A stretch of 63,919 nucleotides of DNA, counting the filler, from Globobulimina sp. (lineage: Eukaryota), in the NCBI GenBank assembly GCA_003354225.1. It is 35 parts of 35 records of this genome, joined end to end, with 100 filler letters (N's around TTAATTAATTAA, not from the genome) between each part and the next. Parts side by side here need not be neighbours in the genome. Positions count along the whole stretch, not along the records: positions 47,569 to 49,296 come from PIVH01012637.1; positions 49,397 to 51,124 come from PIVH01012638.1; positions 51,225 to 52,952 come from PIVH01012639.1; positions 53,053 to 54,780 come from PIVH01012640.1; positions 54,881 to 56,608 come from PIVH01012641.1; positions 56,709 to 58,436 come from PIVH01012642.1; positions 58,537 to 60,264 come from PIVH01012643.1; positions 60,365 to 62,092 come from PIVH01012644.1; 27 more parts are not named here. One strand, given 5' to 3'. Every line of letters starts with the position of its first letter. Position 1 is the first letter of the stretch. The position numbers and the translations under genes are program-made. Under the pieces are notes generated by a model. It searched no databases. It was given only the letters and a program-made list of their open reading frames with translations, and was not told where the DNA came from. Shown here one piece after another: positions 49,048 through 61,420 of the stretch.

Positions 49048-49396
49048 CTATATTGCTTTTTGCAATTTATCTGCGTGAAAAGGATGTATGTGGCTGTTGT
49101 TTTATTCACAATTGTTTTATCTAAGTTATTTAATTAAGTTATGTCAAGATTATTTCCCCCCCTGTCTAAAAAAAAAAATGGTTTCCTATAAAACTGTATA
49201 ATTAAATGGTATTAAAAATTTAAAATATAAGATATACAATTTCTTTTCTTAAATGGTTTCAGCTTCCAAATCTCCGTTTCTTTGAACTTCCTCTAGNNNN
49301 NNNNNNNNNNNNNNNNNNNNNNNNNNNNNNNNNNNNNNNNTTAATTAATTAANNNNNNNNNNNNNNNNNNNNNNNNNNNNNNNNNNNNNNNNNNNN

Positions 49397-51124
49397 GTAT
49401 GGGTGCTGCTGCGGGAGGCGTTGGGCAAATGGGTGCCGGCATGGGTATGCAAGGAGGGGCTGCGGATGCTGCGGTCAGTGGTAAGTGTCCACTGCCACAT
49501 CGACATAGAAAGCCATGGGCATTGATGAGTGACGAGCAAAAGGATATATTTGTCGATGGCTTCCAGCAGGTGAGGAAGAATGGGAAATTGGATATTATTG
49601 CACAGAGCCACGCACAGCACGACATTCAGGATTATGTGCATTACACCTCTTTGTTCACTTTCTTTCATGCGTACTTAGTGTGGGAGCTTGAGACTGCAAT
49701 CCGGGATTTAGGAGGGAAGTTTTCTTGTTTTACCATGCCTTATTATGATTGGTAAGTTTTTGTTGATCTTTGTTACTTTTTTAGTGTTCAAATGTGCTCA
49801 GATTCTGAATATTAAAAATGTGTCGACATTTATAACAGTGCCGTGTAGACACTGTAGACGAATGGTTGTTTGTTTTTGTTTGTGTGTAGGACATTGGATG
49901 CGGGAAAGGAGGACAATCCGCAGATATTGCACAGTGGTTTAGGTGCAGATGGCGACCCTGATAATAATTATTGTGTACAAGATGATGAGACTGGCTTTTC
50001 ATGGAAAACCTGCAAAGATTATACACCATGGCAGACCGTTACAGGTACAAACAGTGACAGCGACGATGCGGCCATGGTCGGGAATGAAGGGAAAAGTATA
50101 TTTAATGACGAACATGGTATAATATACGATGAATATGATGACGATGCTGCGGATAATGATGTATTTAAACCACTATATATTGATTATGGCGGAGCCTACG
50201 AATCATTTGATCCACGAGATGAGGATGCTGATTCTGCATCGATTGCTGACGAATTTGCTGATGATGAGATAGATGGCGATGATGTGTTAGGTGTGTTGCA
50301 TAGAAACAATATCCAATATGTTGTAACATTTTTTTTATAGCACAAGAAGCCGGTTTGGTAGCAGAAGAAGTGGAAGAATCATGCTTTTGGACGCAAGCCA
50401 ATTGTATGCCAGATGAACAACTTCCTTTTTGTTGCTTGAAACGTAAGAAATCGACCACTGTTTTACTACCCACTGCGTCCGAGATTGGTGATGCAATGTA
50501 TCGCAGTAAAAACATCAAAGAATGGCAGGGCTATTTGGGCGAATATTACAACAAAGTACAAGCATTGTTTGGCGCCGATTACTATGCTCATATGTCAAAG
50601 TTAAGCCACACTCTACAAAGCCTGCCATGCCACATGCTTTACAAAAGTTTTTCGCTAAAATCATTTTCCAATGTTGTTACTTTGCCAGTGGCTACGCGAC
50701 CGAAGACCCTATCTTTTGGATGGCCCACTCGTTCATAGTCCATCTCCGTTCGCTATGGCAAGACTGCTGGAATTATAACAACATTCCCAAAGACAAACTG
50801 GATATGCACTATAACTCATATCATCCATACTGCGGCACATTTGACGCGATTCCGGCCACGTGTTCCAATTATAACTTAGCCCTCGATGCGCCAATGAACT
50901 TCTACGAACTGCAAAAGTCGGAATGGAGCCTAGCTTACCACAAAATAATCACAGTGCGCAAGATGTGGACCCCGGAATATTGGAATGTAGTGTACGAATT
51001 GGGTCCATTTTACACCACCAGCGGCGTCAAGAACTGGTGTGATAATACTCGAGATAGCGAATGGTTTTTGGAGACGATGGAGTACGATGTGGATGCTGTC
51101 AATACGCCGATCAATATATTTTCG
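49397..51124 (+). CDS. Tyrosinase-like (type-3 copper) protein; introns 49752-49889, 50291-50340, 50600-50688; partial
   Basis: RKPWALMS, CuA His in QSH/VH/FFH, MPYYDW, CLKR, DPIFWMAH; all three introns restore the frame. Confidence 0.85.
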
Positions 51125-51224
51125 NNNNNNNNNNNNNNNNNNNNNNNNNNNNNNNNNNNNNNNNNNNNTTAATTAATTAANNNNNNNNNNNNNNNNNNNN
51201 NNNNNNNNNNNNNNNNNNNNNNNN

Positions 51225-51572
51225 TTTATTTGCTGCTTCATCAGAAATACAATTATTCAATTCTTTTAACGCTGTGATGTCAATCAAAGAATCAAATATC
51301 CAGAATCTCAGCAGTTTCACCATAATTGGCAAAAAAATGTATGATACCAAAGGCACTGAACAACAAATATTGATGCCAATGAGGATAAAATCCCTCATCA
51401 CTGGATAGTGTGGCATTAATTGATTGATTGTCAAAACTAATTCCAATGGACATGTAATGCAAACACATAATAGAGATGCTACAATCCATAAAGTCCAAAA
51501 TAATGTAATAAACATTTTAAATTCATTAGCAATTACATGATATTCTGTATGTTGCGATAATTCTTTTGTCAT
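51225..51572 (-). CDS. Small two-TM membrane protein, 3' truncated
   Basis: Two hydrophobic helices; open to the contig edge. Confidence 0.45.
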
Positions 51573-51738
51573 TTTGTGTTTCTCGCTAAAACTTAAGTTT
51601 AAATGAGCACGTAAGTCCGTGTCAGTCAGTTATTGCATGCACAGTATGGCAGCTGCAACATAATAAATAATTAAGTTGTGTTAGTTGAAAGTTCTAGTAA
51701 CTAAACAGTTTTTTCCCGTTATTTTTTCATTTATAGCC

Positions 51739-52470
51739 ATGGCGCTGAAAAAGCCACGTACATATTCATTGGTGACTAATTATAGCCCCAGACCAAGAAA
51801 TTCCGACTTGTTTCTAAATGCAAGCCCCTCTGCCCCATCACCATTAGCAACAAAAGATAATTTATTTTCAATGCCATCAAACGTACGCAAAAGCAGGGAC
51901 TGTAAAACTATAAAATTAGTGCATCAAACAGAAGGTCTCCGAACAGTACGATTATATCAAACATTTGAACTTTATTTTATTCCAACCGATATTGCCAAAG
52001 GAAAACAATTTTGTATCAAAGAAATTCGCACGGATAATTTGTATGGAATTGATTTTGGAAAATTAGGCATTGGAAAAGGTTGGATATTGACAAAAATTGG
52101 CCATGATGTTGATGTTAAAAAATTGATGTTTACTGTGACTAGAAATAGATTATTAAGTTTAGCTAAACTCGCAAAGACCGCTGGATATCAACTCACTTTT
52201 GAAGGAAATGAATTGAACACAATTATTGAAGAAAAGCAACAGCATACAAATGATATCGATGAATACGATAAAAAAACAAATGCTCAAATTATTGATGTTC
52301 AACATATAAATCGTGCTTTTATTGATGATACTGATGATTTACCGATAATTCCTCAATATACAAAAAAAGCGAACAATGATAATAAAAATATGAATGCTAT
52401 CAGCAATGACCATGCATTGCCAATATTGCCTGATATTTTGGTCAATGATACACATATTAAAATAAATTGA
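51739..52470 (+). CDS. Hypothetical protein with possible degenerate PDZ-like domain
   Basis: LGIGKGWILTKIG..DV...YQLTF resembles the PDZ C-terminal half; weak. Confidence 0.5.
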   Translation: MALKKPRTYSLVTNYSPRPRNSDLFLNASPSAPSPLATKDNLFSMPSNVRKSRDCKTIKLVHQTEGLRTVRLYQTFELYFIPTDIAKGKQFCIKEIRTDNLYGIDFGKLGIGKGWILTKIGHDVDVKKLMFTVTRNRLLSLAKLAKTAGYQLTFEGNELNTIIEEKQQHTNDIDEYDKKTNAQIIDVQHINRAFIDDTDDLPIIPQYTKKANNDNKNMNAISNDHALPILPDILVNDTHIKIN

Positions 52471-52782
52471 ATGTTAAACTAAGTCTAAAAATCTGGTATA
52501 ATTTAAACGAGTGCGTGCGTTTTGTGTCAATGTACTTGTTGTTACTTTTTGTGTTGTGACTGCGTTTTTTGTTGTGTCGTCTAGTCGAGGATTACTTGAT
52601 TTAAATGTTTTTGTCTAGAAACTGTAAAAACGTGTTTTTTATAATGTAAATTGTTAATTCATACGCATGAGAATGATCAATCTTGATTTAAGTGTACAAA
52701 ACACAATAAATATACAGACAGAATATGCACAAATATTATGGCAAAAAAATTAAATCAAGAGACATATGCATTTTGTTTTTAT

Positions 52783-52950
52783 TTATTGAGCTAATTTATA
52801 AACCAAATTCGAATTTGGATCTCTTTTAAACGAATCATAATTTAATATAATTTCACCATTTTTCCATCCATTAAATGTTTTTAAATCATGTATGATTTTA
52901 TTTGTTCCAAAATATTCATGTTTAATAACATTGCTTTCAGTAAAATTATG
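52783..52950 (-). CDS. Vint (Hint-related) domain C-terminus, 5' truncated
   Basis: Manual translation HNFTESNVIKHEYFGTNKIIHDLKTFNGWKNGEIIL...KRDPNSNLVYKLAQ-stop. Confidence 0.7.
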   Translation of the reverse strand, partial: HNFTESNVIKHEYFGTNKIIHDLKTFNGWKNGEIILNYDSFKRDPNSNLVYKLAQ

Positions 52951-53521
52951 AGNNNNNNNNNNNNNNNNNNNNNNNNNNNNNNNNNNNNNNNNNNNNTTAA
53001 TTAATTAANNNNNNNNNNNNNNNNNNNNNNNNNNNNNNNNNNNNNNNNNNNNCAGTCACATAACTCTTCAATAACATTCTCTGTACAATTTGCAAGGAAA
53101 ATAAATGTAAAAAATGATTGAACATAATTCCTCATATGATGTTCAATGGTATATTACCGAAAGCTACCGATGTTCAAAGAGACTAGTTTGCGATTTCAGA
53201 ATGACATCCACTTTCAAAGAGTGTTGCTGATTTAGCATGCATTAAATCTCCAATTAAATGCATTGAACTTTTCCTATATTTGTTTCGATGATTTGTGGTT
53301 ATACCATATTTTTTTGCAAAAATCAATAGTAAATGTACAGTTTGTATTCACTTTACAAAAAATTATCAACAATGCAATACAAATAATATCAAACAAAATA
53401 ATATAACATCAAAAACAGATAACGTCAAATATATACATTTGGAACACAACAAGTAGCCAATTGCAAATTAAATATGTTTGGGAAAAACAGATGTGTAAAA
53501 CAACAAGTAACTAATTAATAA

Positions 53522-54648
53522 TCACATCCATTGTCCTTTAGTAACAGCTTTTGGTAATGTAGCTTTCCGTGATTCGCCAGTCGTAGGATGTGATGATGTG
53601 GTTGTAGTGGTATACAAATACGATGTATTATCCGTATCAGCCGGCGACACTGAAATTGGTGCTGGCGATGTTGAGATAGATTGATGACTTATTGGATTTG
53701 GATGCAATTTTGCAAATTCTATTACCTTTGGTTCAATTTCATCAATTAAAGCTTTTGACTGTTTTTTATTTTCATGATAATGATTTGAATAAATCGACGA
53801 TTTGCGCTCTGTTGATTGTAGCTCTTTTCTTTTTATATTAATTATATCCATAGAATGTTTTTGGAATAGTTTATCAATGCTTTTATCAATGCTTTGCTTA
53901 CGATGTTTTAATCGAAGATGACAAAATATTCCAATTAAACATATTAAAATGGCGCAACCGCAAAATAACAATATAATGAGAAAGATTCCAACGTATAATA
54001 CTAAGTCATCGATATTGATTACAATTCCGTCGATTGCTGTGTACATATTAGGATCAATTTGCATTTTTGCATAGTAATATATACAATTTAACTTGGTGAA
54101 GATGTTGGTGTCGGAGTGAGGTTGTCGGTGCACATCGTACTGTTATTTGAACATAGATCACCAGCCATATTGATATTGCATTTTCTCTTTGAAGCACAAT
54201 GTAATACACTATTTATTACCATATAAAAATCTATTTCAACTGCATCCATTGATTCGCCATAAATGTGTAAATTGCTGATGGTAGAGCTAGAGTTAAAATA
54301 TGCTGAAATCTGACATTCATATTCGATGTTACCTGTGTTGTGTGGACAATATATTGTCATATCATTACAGTTTTCATTACAACCACGGATTGTCAATGCA
54401 ACCGATTGTGTTGCATTTATAACATTTGTATTACAGTCAATTGGATATGTACAATCTACAATGCATTTTATGTTTGATTGGCAATGATTCAGGTCTGTTG
54501 AAGACTTATTTGATAAACTTTGTGATTGGCTGTTTATTGCTATTTAGTTTATTGTCTGCAATATCTAGTGTGCAACAACACCATCATTGAACAAACCTGT
54601 AATATAACAGCCAATGCATAAAAATACAATTGCAAGTAGTGGCGTCAT
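53522..54648 (-). CDS. Type I membrane protein with Cys-rich ectodomain (3 exons)
   Basis: Signal MTPLLAIVFLCIGCYITA; two GT-AG introns join a Cys-rich domain, TPTPTSSPT stalk, TM VGIFLIILLFCGCAILICLIGIF and Ser/Thr tail. Confidence 0.65.
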
Positions 54649-54881
54649 GTTCCGTTTTCTTAAAGATAACGTATTTGGTTTTCAGCGCAAAAACTCAGTT
54701 AAAATATATATGTAAACATGACAAGATAACTAAAAACATGACGCCGTTCGATGCATTTGTCCTCTTATTCGTTATCAGCANNNNNNNNNNNNNNNNNNNN
54801 NNNNNNNNNNNNNNNNNNNNNNNNTTAATTAATTAANNNNNNNNNNNNNNNNNNNNNNNNNNNNNNNNNNNNNNNNNNNNA

Positions 54882-56333
54882 AGAAAAAGAGATCGAGCCA
54901 ATAAATCGTCAGACACTGATCGTGCGGCAAAACGACAGAAATTAAATACATTATCAAGATGTAAAATATGTAATGCAAATACTACAAACAATGCAGGTTT
55001 ATCCAATCATATTCGGGCAAGGCATAATTTACAAACATTACGGGATTATCACAACTTAACAGACCATAAAATTAAAGAATTCCAAAAACAAAATGAAGCA
55101 ACACACAAATCACGAGATATCAAATACAAATATAAATGTACAGCGTGTGCAGATACTGACAGATCATTCTTTTGTGCGGGACATATTGGACTGACTTCGC
55201 ATTTACGATCGCATGTAAAACGCGGCGATTTGTCCGATAAACAGCGGCGGAAATTGTTGAAGCAAAGTATGCGAAATCCAGTGCCAATAACGGCACAAAC
55301 AAAGAGCAATGATATCGATGCTCTGCAAAGAAAGCGATTTGTTATGCCACCGTTGAAACTATCATATTATTATAAGCATAATGGCGGCATATCGCAGCTT
55401 GGAATGGAGTCGTTGCTCTACGATGAATGGACCAAACAGCAGCAACTTATGGAACGTGTTCGCGCCAAACAAAGTATGCATATTAATGAACAAGAGCTAG
55501 ATACAAATAATAATGAATCAGAGACAGAGACAGAGTCAATCGATGACGATGAAGATATGGATTTAGATGGTAACGATACGAGAGCAACGGATGAAAATCG
55601 CGTTCGGTGTTGCAAAGATGGTCTAATATTTAGTGTGGTTGGTGATGGTGAAACAATTATGGATGAAATAAAAAGAAATATTATAATTAGAGTGAAACAG
55701 ATATTCGGTGATGATATCGATGAGAATGATGTATTAATTTTAGATAATAAGAAAAATCGATGTATTTATATGTACAGAAGCATCAATAAAATGGTAGAAT
55801 TGAGGAATATGAATAAAAATGATATTTTGCTCCATGTTCAAGAAAGAAAAGAAATTTTATGTAAATTGCCAGATTCTACAATTTATAAAGTGGCCGTATT
55901 TGAGGATGATCCATGTTTTGCATTGAAAGTAAAAGCAAGAGAGTTTAATAAAGAATATTCATTTTCGGAGATTGACTTATATTATAAAGGGGTTTTAATT
56001 GAATGTGATTGGTCAGCAGCTGCAAAATGGAGTGATTATAAAGATATATTTAAGGAAAATATGCTGATTGATATTAAATATAATCGTAAACATTGTGGAG
56101 AGGAATTAATGCCAATATTTCTGAAGAATTTAACTGGACAAACATTGCCATTTGTTGTGTCACAGAGTTATTTTATTGAAGATTTAAAATGTTTAATTTT
56201 TGAGTGGAATGGTATCCCCATCGAGCTACAAGTATTGGTTTATGAGGGGAAACCATTAGAAAATGGTAAAACGTTTCATGAATATGGCATTAATAGAGAT
56301 TCTACCATTTATTTAAAGACTCATACAACTTAA
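54882..56333 (+). CDS. C2H2 zinc-finger + ubiquitin-like domain protein, 5' truncated
   Basis: Frame open from the contig start: CKIC...HIRARH, CTAC...HLRSH; C-terminal MPIFLKNLTGQT...GIPIELQVLVYEGKPLENGKT...STIYL. Confidence 0.75.
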   Translation, partial: RKRDRANKSSDTDRAAKRQKLNTLSRCKICNANTTNNAGLSNHIRARHNLQTLRDYHNLTDHKIKEFQKQNEATHKSRDIKYKYKCTACADTDRSFFCAGHIGLTSHLRSHVKRGDLSDKQRRKLLKQSMRNPVPITAQTKSNDIDALQRKRFVMPPLKLSYYYKHNGGISQLGMESLLYDEWTKQQQLMERVRAKQSMHINEQELDTNNNESETETESIDDDEDMDLDGNDTRATDENRVRCCKDGLIFSVVGDGETIMDEIKRNIIIRVKQIFGDDIDENDVLILDNKKNRCIYMYRSINKMVELRNMNKNDILLHVQERKEILCKLPDSTIYKVAVFEDDPCFALKVKAREFNKEYSFSEIDLYYKGVLIECDWSAAAKWSDYKDIFKENMLIDIKYNRKHCGEELMPIFLKNLTGQTLPFVVSQSYFIEDLKCLIFEWNGIPIELQVLVYEGKPLENGKTFHEYGINRDSTIYLKTHTT

Positions 56334-58142
56334 AAAAAAGTGTTTTTGTTTATTATAGTAGTACATACATAATGTTATATAGAATGTTTTTTGAGAGTCA
56401 GTCAGCTTAAATAAATCTTGTTGTTCATCGACAAAATCCGGTCGGTGTTGGAGAGCAGAAATACTGGCAATGTTCTCTAAAAATGTAATAGCGAGGCTAT
56501 CCAGATCCAATTCCAATTCCACCGTTTCTCTCTTTAACGTTAACATTTCTAAATGTCACAACCTTCACATGGAGAAATTCGAATTGTTAAAACAATCAAT
56601 GCAACAATNNNNNNNNNNNNNNNNNNNNNNNNNNNNNNNNNNNNNNNNNNNNTTAATTAATTAANNNNNNNNNNNNNNNNNNNNNNNNNNNNNNNNNNNN
56701 NNNNNNNNTTTGTATGGCAACGTAGATCATTGCCAGGGCACTCATTCCATTGAGTGTGCGATGGTTTGAAGATTGCTAATAAAATTAATATGGCATGTGA
56801 CATGTTAAAAGCTAGGCTTAGATTAAAAACAGCGTAAATAAATCTTTATGTTCAAGACCACTGTCAATATGTAAATTAGGATTAAAAACGCATATACAAA
56901 ATATTATACACAAAAAGTTTTAATAATTATAATTTTTATTTCAACGCTGTGTCATCTATCATCCATTGACATTATTGACAATTGAAATTCGTGAGAGAGC
57001 CACAACTTGTGCTCAAATTGAAAATAAATAAGTGACCCCACTCATAACTAAAAAGGTCAAACATTTTTATAAATAAACAAAAACGTTTCGTTGTATTATT
57101 CAAAAACAAAAAGCAAACCAATAAATAATATAAAAACAAAAATTAGATTGGTTGCTAAAATTAACAAAACAAAACATAATAAATCATCAAAATTAAAAAC
57201 GAAGTTAATATCCGGATAGAATTACTTTAATGTAAAATGATTTTTTAATGTTTTAATAATGTTCTTCTTCATAAAAATTGCAAACTTTGCATAAAAATTA
57301 TTTTTCAAAATCATAATATCCTTTTTTAATCTCTCTAGAAATCGAGGTTGATAAATATCGCAAATACATATATATCCACAGCCCATATTTTTCGAAACAT
57401 TGTTATCTTAAAATTAGATTTATTTAGTAATAATGGAAAGAAAAAAGTTAATATTGTTATAAATCTCCAAAAAAAGTCAATGCTGTAATAGGGAAGTTCC
57501 ATTTCATACCATTTCAGTTTAAAGTGTAATTCATTTGACATCATTGGGCATAAACTAATGTATTTAATTGTGCATAAACACTGAAATATATAATATTGAT
57601 ACTAAATATCTGACGTTATCAATTTCGGAACCACTGTATTGTAATAACTTCGTTTTTTTGCCGAAATAATAATAATATCTTTCTACATTTTAATAATATC
57701 GTCCTTTGGGAATAAATTTATGATACAATTTATCTGGTAAAATAAATACAAAACAACAACATATAATAGATACTGCAGGAACAGAATAACCGATCAAAAA
57801 ACTAATATTTTGACAGATAACCAATCACAGTCACAGCTAATAAATATTATTTGCATCGTCAAGTGTTTGATATGAATGCTGATTATGTTCAGATTGATTT
57901 AGTTGGTGCCTATATTCAAGTTGTTCAACACCAAAAGTTCTGTTGTTTACAGCTGTTGTGCCACACCAAAATAATATCTCTTGGTTATTTGTTACAGTAT
58001 CACTGTATTGTAATGATAATAATATTGATACAATACACACACAATACCAAGCAAGCAAAATGACAGAGTTATTTGCTGAATACACACACAATACACAGAG
58101 TTATTTGCTGAAGTCTACTACCTTAAAAAAAACCATTGCATC

Positions 58143-58436
58143 ATGGCTGCGTCAAAGAGTGATGACTTTACAGCGTTATTACAGGTCAATGGGAAAGGTT
58201 GGGATAAAAAATTATTCATTTCCAAAGTGCCAAATGTTTGTATTTGCCAATCATGCAATAACCCATGCAAAGATGCAGTAGAATTAGGTTGCGATCATGA
58301 AGACAATGATATTGATGCATTTTGTAAGGAATGTTTAGCGGAAGTTATTGCTTCAAATAATAATCAATGTCCAATTGATTCATCACATAAAAAACCGCCC
58401 ATTGTATCAGCGAGAAGTTTAAGAAAACAAATACTA
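58143..58436 (+). CDS. RING-finger (TRAF-type N-terminus) protein, 3' truncated
   Basis: CQSCNNPCKDAVELGCDH...FCKECL...CPI. Confidence 0.75.
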
Positions 58437-58536
58437 NNNNNNNNNNNNNNNNNNNNNNNNNNNNNNNNNNNNNNNNNNNNTTAATTAATTAANNNNNNNN
58501 NNNNNNNNNNNNNNNNNNNNNNNNNNNNNNNNNNNN

Positions 58537-60264
58537 CATCTTCCAACCAGACATTGAACCGCTTTTATCTAACAATAAAACTAAATTTAAATGTTTGCGT
58601 TTAAAATCTTTTGCTTTGATATTCGAGTTTAATCCAATTGACATATAATACTCTCTTTCATCCTTATTATCATCATCGATTACAGCCAATCTCCTTGTTT
58701 TCGCATAACAGTAAGTCGGATAAAATAACATGCAGTCATCCTCCACATCAATCTTCTTCTCTTCCTCAATATGTTTCGTAGCTGAAATATCAAAATAATA
58801 TTCATACAACAATCCATTGTAAGTAATAGAAGTAATTGACGGCATCTTATTTGCTCTGATACACTCTCTAAAATTATTCACATCTTTGGCTCCGCCCAAT
58901 GATAAACCAATTGTATCTGAAGGGGAATAGCAAAATCCTTCAAATCCATCATTTGCTCCAATCGGTGCAGAAACTGTATCAAAACAAACTTCTTTCAAAA
59001 ACGCTGTATCAAAACTAGAACAATCATCATTTCCTTTATTTGCAATTGGTTTATACCGCGGCACAATTTCCATTCTCATCAATTTATCCCACTCCATATC
59101 CTCAAAAAAGCCATGCCGTTGGATTTCCTTTACATCACACTCAGCTGCGCCCAATCGTGTTGTTGCATTTCTATCCAATAACTTCCTCACTAAATCCTTG
59201 CACGCGGCAGATAAATTGGGTGGAAATAATAACGGCGCTTCTTGTATTTTCCTATACATTTCATTCACATTTTGGCTGTAAAATGGTGGAATACCCACAG
59301 TTAACTCATAAAGCATAATACCCAGACACCACCAATCGACAGCTTTGCCGTGTTCCAAATTCATAACAATTTCAGGCGCCATATATTCCGGAGTAAATAA
59401 TGATTGTTCTTCACGAGAGCTCAGAGAGGACCCTAACACACAATGCATCAAACAAATATGTCCCTCATTACTCAACAAAACATTCTCTGGTTTCAACCCC
59501 TTATAAATATATCCCAAACTATGCAAATGCCCCAAAGCCAGAGCCATTTCAGCAATCATAATTTTTGCTTGAGATTCGGAAAACCTTCGTTTCTTTTTTA
59601 AATGGAAAAACAATTCACCACAACGGTACAGTTCAAATACAAAATATAATCTAGCTTCGCTTTGAAATGCCCACTTTAAAGGCATCAGAAATGGATGTTG
59701 ATGGAAAAGGAAAATCTTCCTCTCAGCGCCTGTGTGTTCCACGCAATGTGTTGCTATCAATGTCTTCTTTTTAACTATTTTCATGGCAAATAGTTCGCCA
59801 TTGTCTCTCTTTCGAACTTGAAACAGTTTACCAACGTTTCCGCGGCCAATAACTTTCATAACTTCAAAATCGTTGAGCTGTACAGTTGTTGTTGCAGTGT
59901 TAAGTGGCGATTCTTGTGTTTGTGGTTCGTTGATTTCGTCCGGATACTGGTCTTTGCCAATTAATTCTTGATATCGACGCAATCTTTGCTGTCTTGTTTG
60001 TAACCGGCTTACGTCTCTAGTCACAGTGGCTGTCGTTAAGTTTTTTTCTGAAACAGCATTTATTGACATTTTTTTTGCATCGCTGTTAAGTTGAGACCAT
60101 AGATGCGATAATGTGTCAATTACATGTTTCTTCTCTTTGGTTCTGTATCGATAGTCATATTCCTGCGGAATATGTATTGCGAATTCGTTGCTTGTGTTTG
60201 ATGTGGTGATGGAAGCAATTCTTTTGAGATCAATACGTCTCTGACATTTACGGAGACATTTTCT
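58537..60264 (-). CDS. PH-like + AGC-type (pseudo)kinase fused to a VWA domain; partial at both ends
   Basis: GRGNVG, FAMKIV, LKPEN, TPEYMAPE, DWWCLG, AGC tail with FEGFCY; then GGAKDVNNFRE...LNLVLLLDKSGSM (MIDAS). Confidence 0.85.
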
Positions 60265-60364
60265 NNNNNNNNNNNNNNNNNNNNNNNNNNNNNNNNNNNN
60301 NNNNNNNNTTAATTAATTAANNNNNNNNNNNNNNNNNNNNNNNNNNNNNNNNNNNNNNNNNNNN

Positions 60365-61231
60365 GAATCTGTTTATTCGCGATGGATAAAACATACAAAT
60401 AAAAATGGCGATTATTTTCAATATACACATTATACAGATGATGAGGAAAATAAATGTTGCTGTGCATATCCTGACTTTTCTATATTATCAAATTCAAATC
60501 AATCTAAATTGGAAAGTTTTAGTTTTTGGACAAGAAGGTCAGGAAATTGTAATCAAGATATTATGAATAATATTTGTAATGAAATTAATAAAATTAAAAC
60601 AGTGAATGCAATTACGATTCAATTTAGAGACAGTTTATTTGCACCAGATACAAATATGAAAACAGATGATTTTAAAGCATTAGTTTTAAAATGGAAAAAT
60701 ATATTAGAACAAAATGGGAAAAATAAAAATTCAAAATGTTACGGTAAAATGATAATACATGGTATGCCTTTAAATTGGTTCAATTCAATAGTTAATAATG
60801 AGGAAAATGATTGGTTTTGGAATAAAAATAAAAATGATTTAAATTTGGAATGTTTATACATTGGGCAACCATATTTCAGTATGGATGATGTTCAAATTAT
60901 ATTTGATTTTATGAAATTAAATGAATTTGATTATGTTTCAAAATTATTCTTTAATTTTCTAACAGATTCTGGAACTTTAGATTATAGATATTTTGGTAAA
61001 ATTGCATTAGTTCATGGATTTTATTCAAAATGTGGTGGATCTTATAGTAATGATGTGATACTTACACAAATCACAAACGATAATGTTGAGGATGTACAAG
61101 CAAAAATGTTAAACTACATTGAAAAAATTGATGAAAATGGAAAAAGTAATCTTAGAAACGAAGTACAATTCCCATCCTTTGTTTATAATGAAGACTCTGA
61201 TTATCAGAGAGATAGTGATCTTTATGAGTAA
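60365..61231 (+). CDS. Hypothetical protein, 5' truncated
   Basis: Frame open from the contig start to the stop; no motif recognised. Confidence 0.5.
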   Translation, partial: ESVYSRWIKHTNKNGDYFQYTHYTDDEENKCCCAYPDFSILSNSNQSKLESFSFWTRRSGNCNQDIMNNICNEINKIKTVNAITIQFRDSLFAPDTNMKTDDFKALVLKWKNILEQNGKNKNSKCYGKMIIHGMPLNWFNSIVNNEENDWFWNKNKNDLNLECLYIGQPYFSMDDVQIIFDFMKLNEFDYVSKLFFNFLTDSGTLDYRYFGKIALVHGFYSKCGGSYSNDVILTQITNDNVEDVQAKMLNYIEKIDENGKSNLRNEVQFPSFVYNEDSDYQRDSDLYE

Positions 61232-61420
61232 TAATCATTTATTTTATATTTAAATTGATTTGCTTTTTGCTCTTAAATAAACTAGTTATTAATAATCCGT
61301 GTGGTTTTGTACATATACTGTACAAATCTGAGAGTGTTTTTGAAAAGCTGTGACGAACGAAAAAACTACGGAGTAAGAATATGTGTTTCTCATTTTTAAC
61401 ATCTTGTCAATGATCCGTTA

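Noticed and set aside
56709-58140. Short ORFs and an 18-bp direct repeat (ACAGAGTTATTTGCTGAA at ~58062 and ~58096)
   Set aside because: AT-rich intergenic DNA; only two copies, a simple local duplication.
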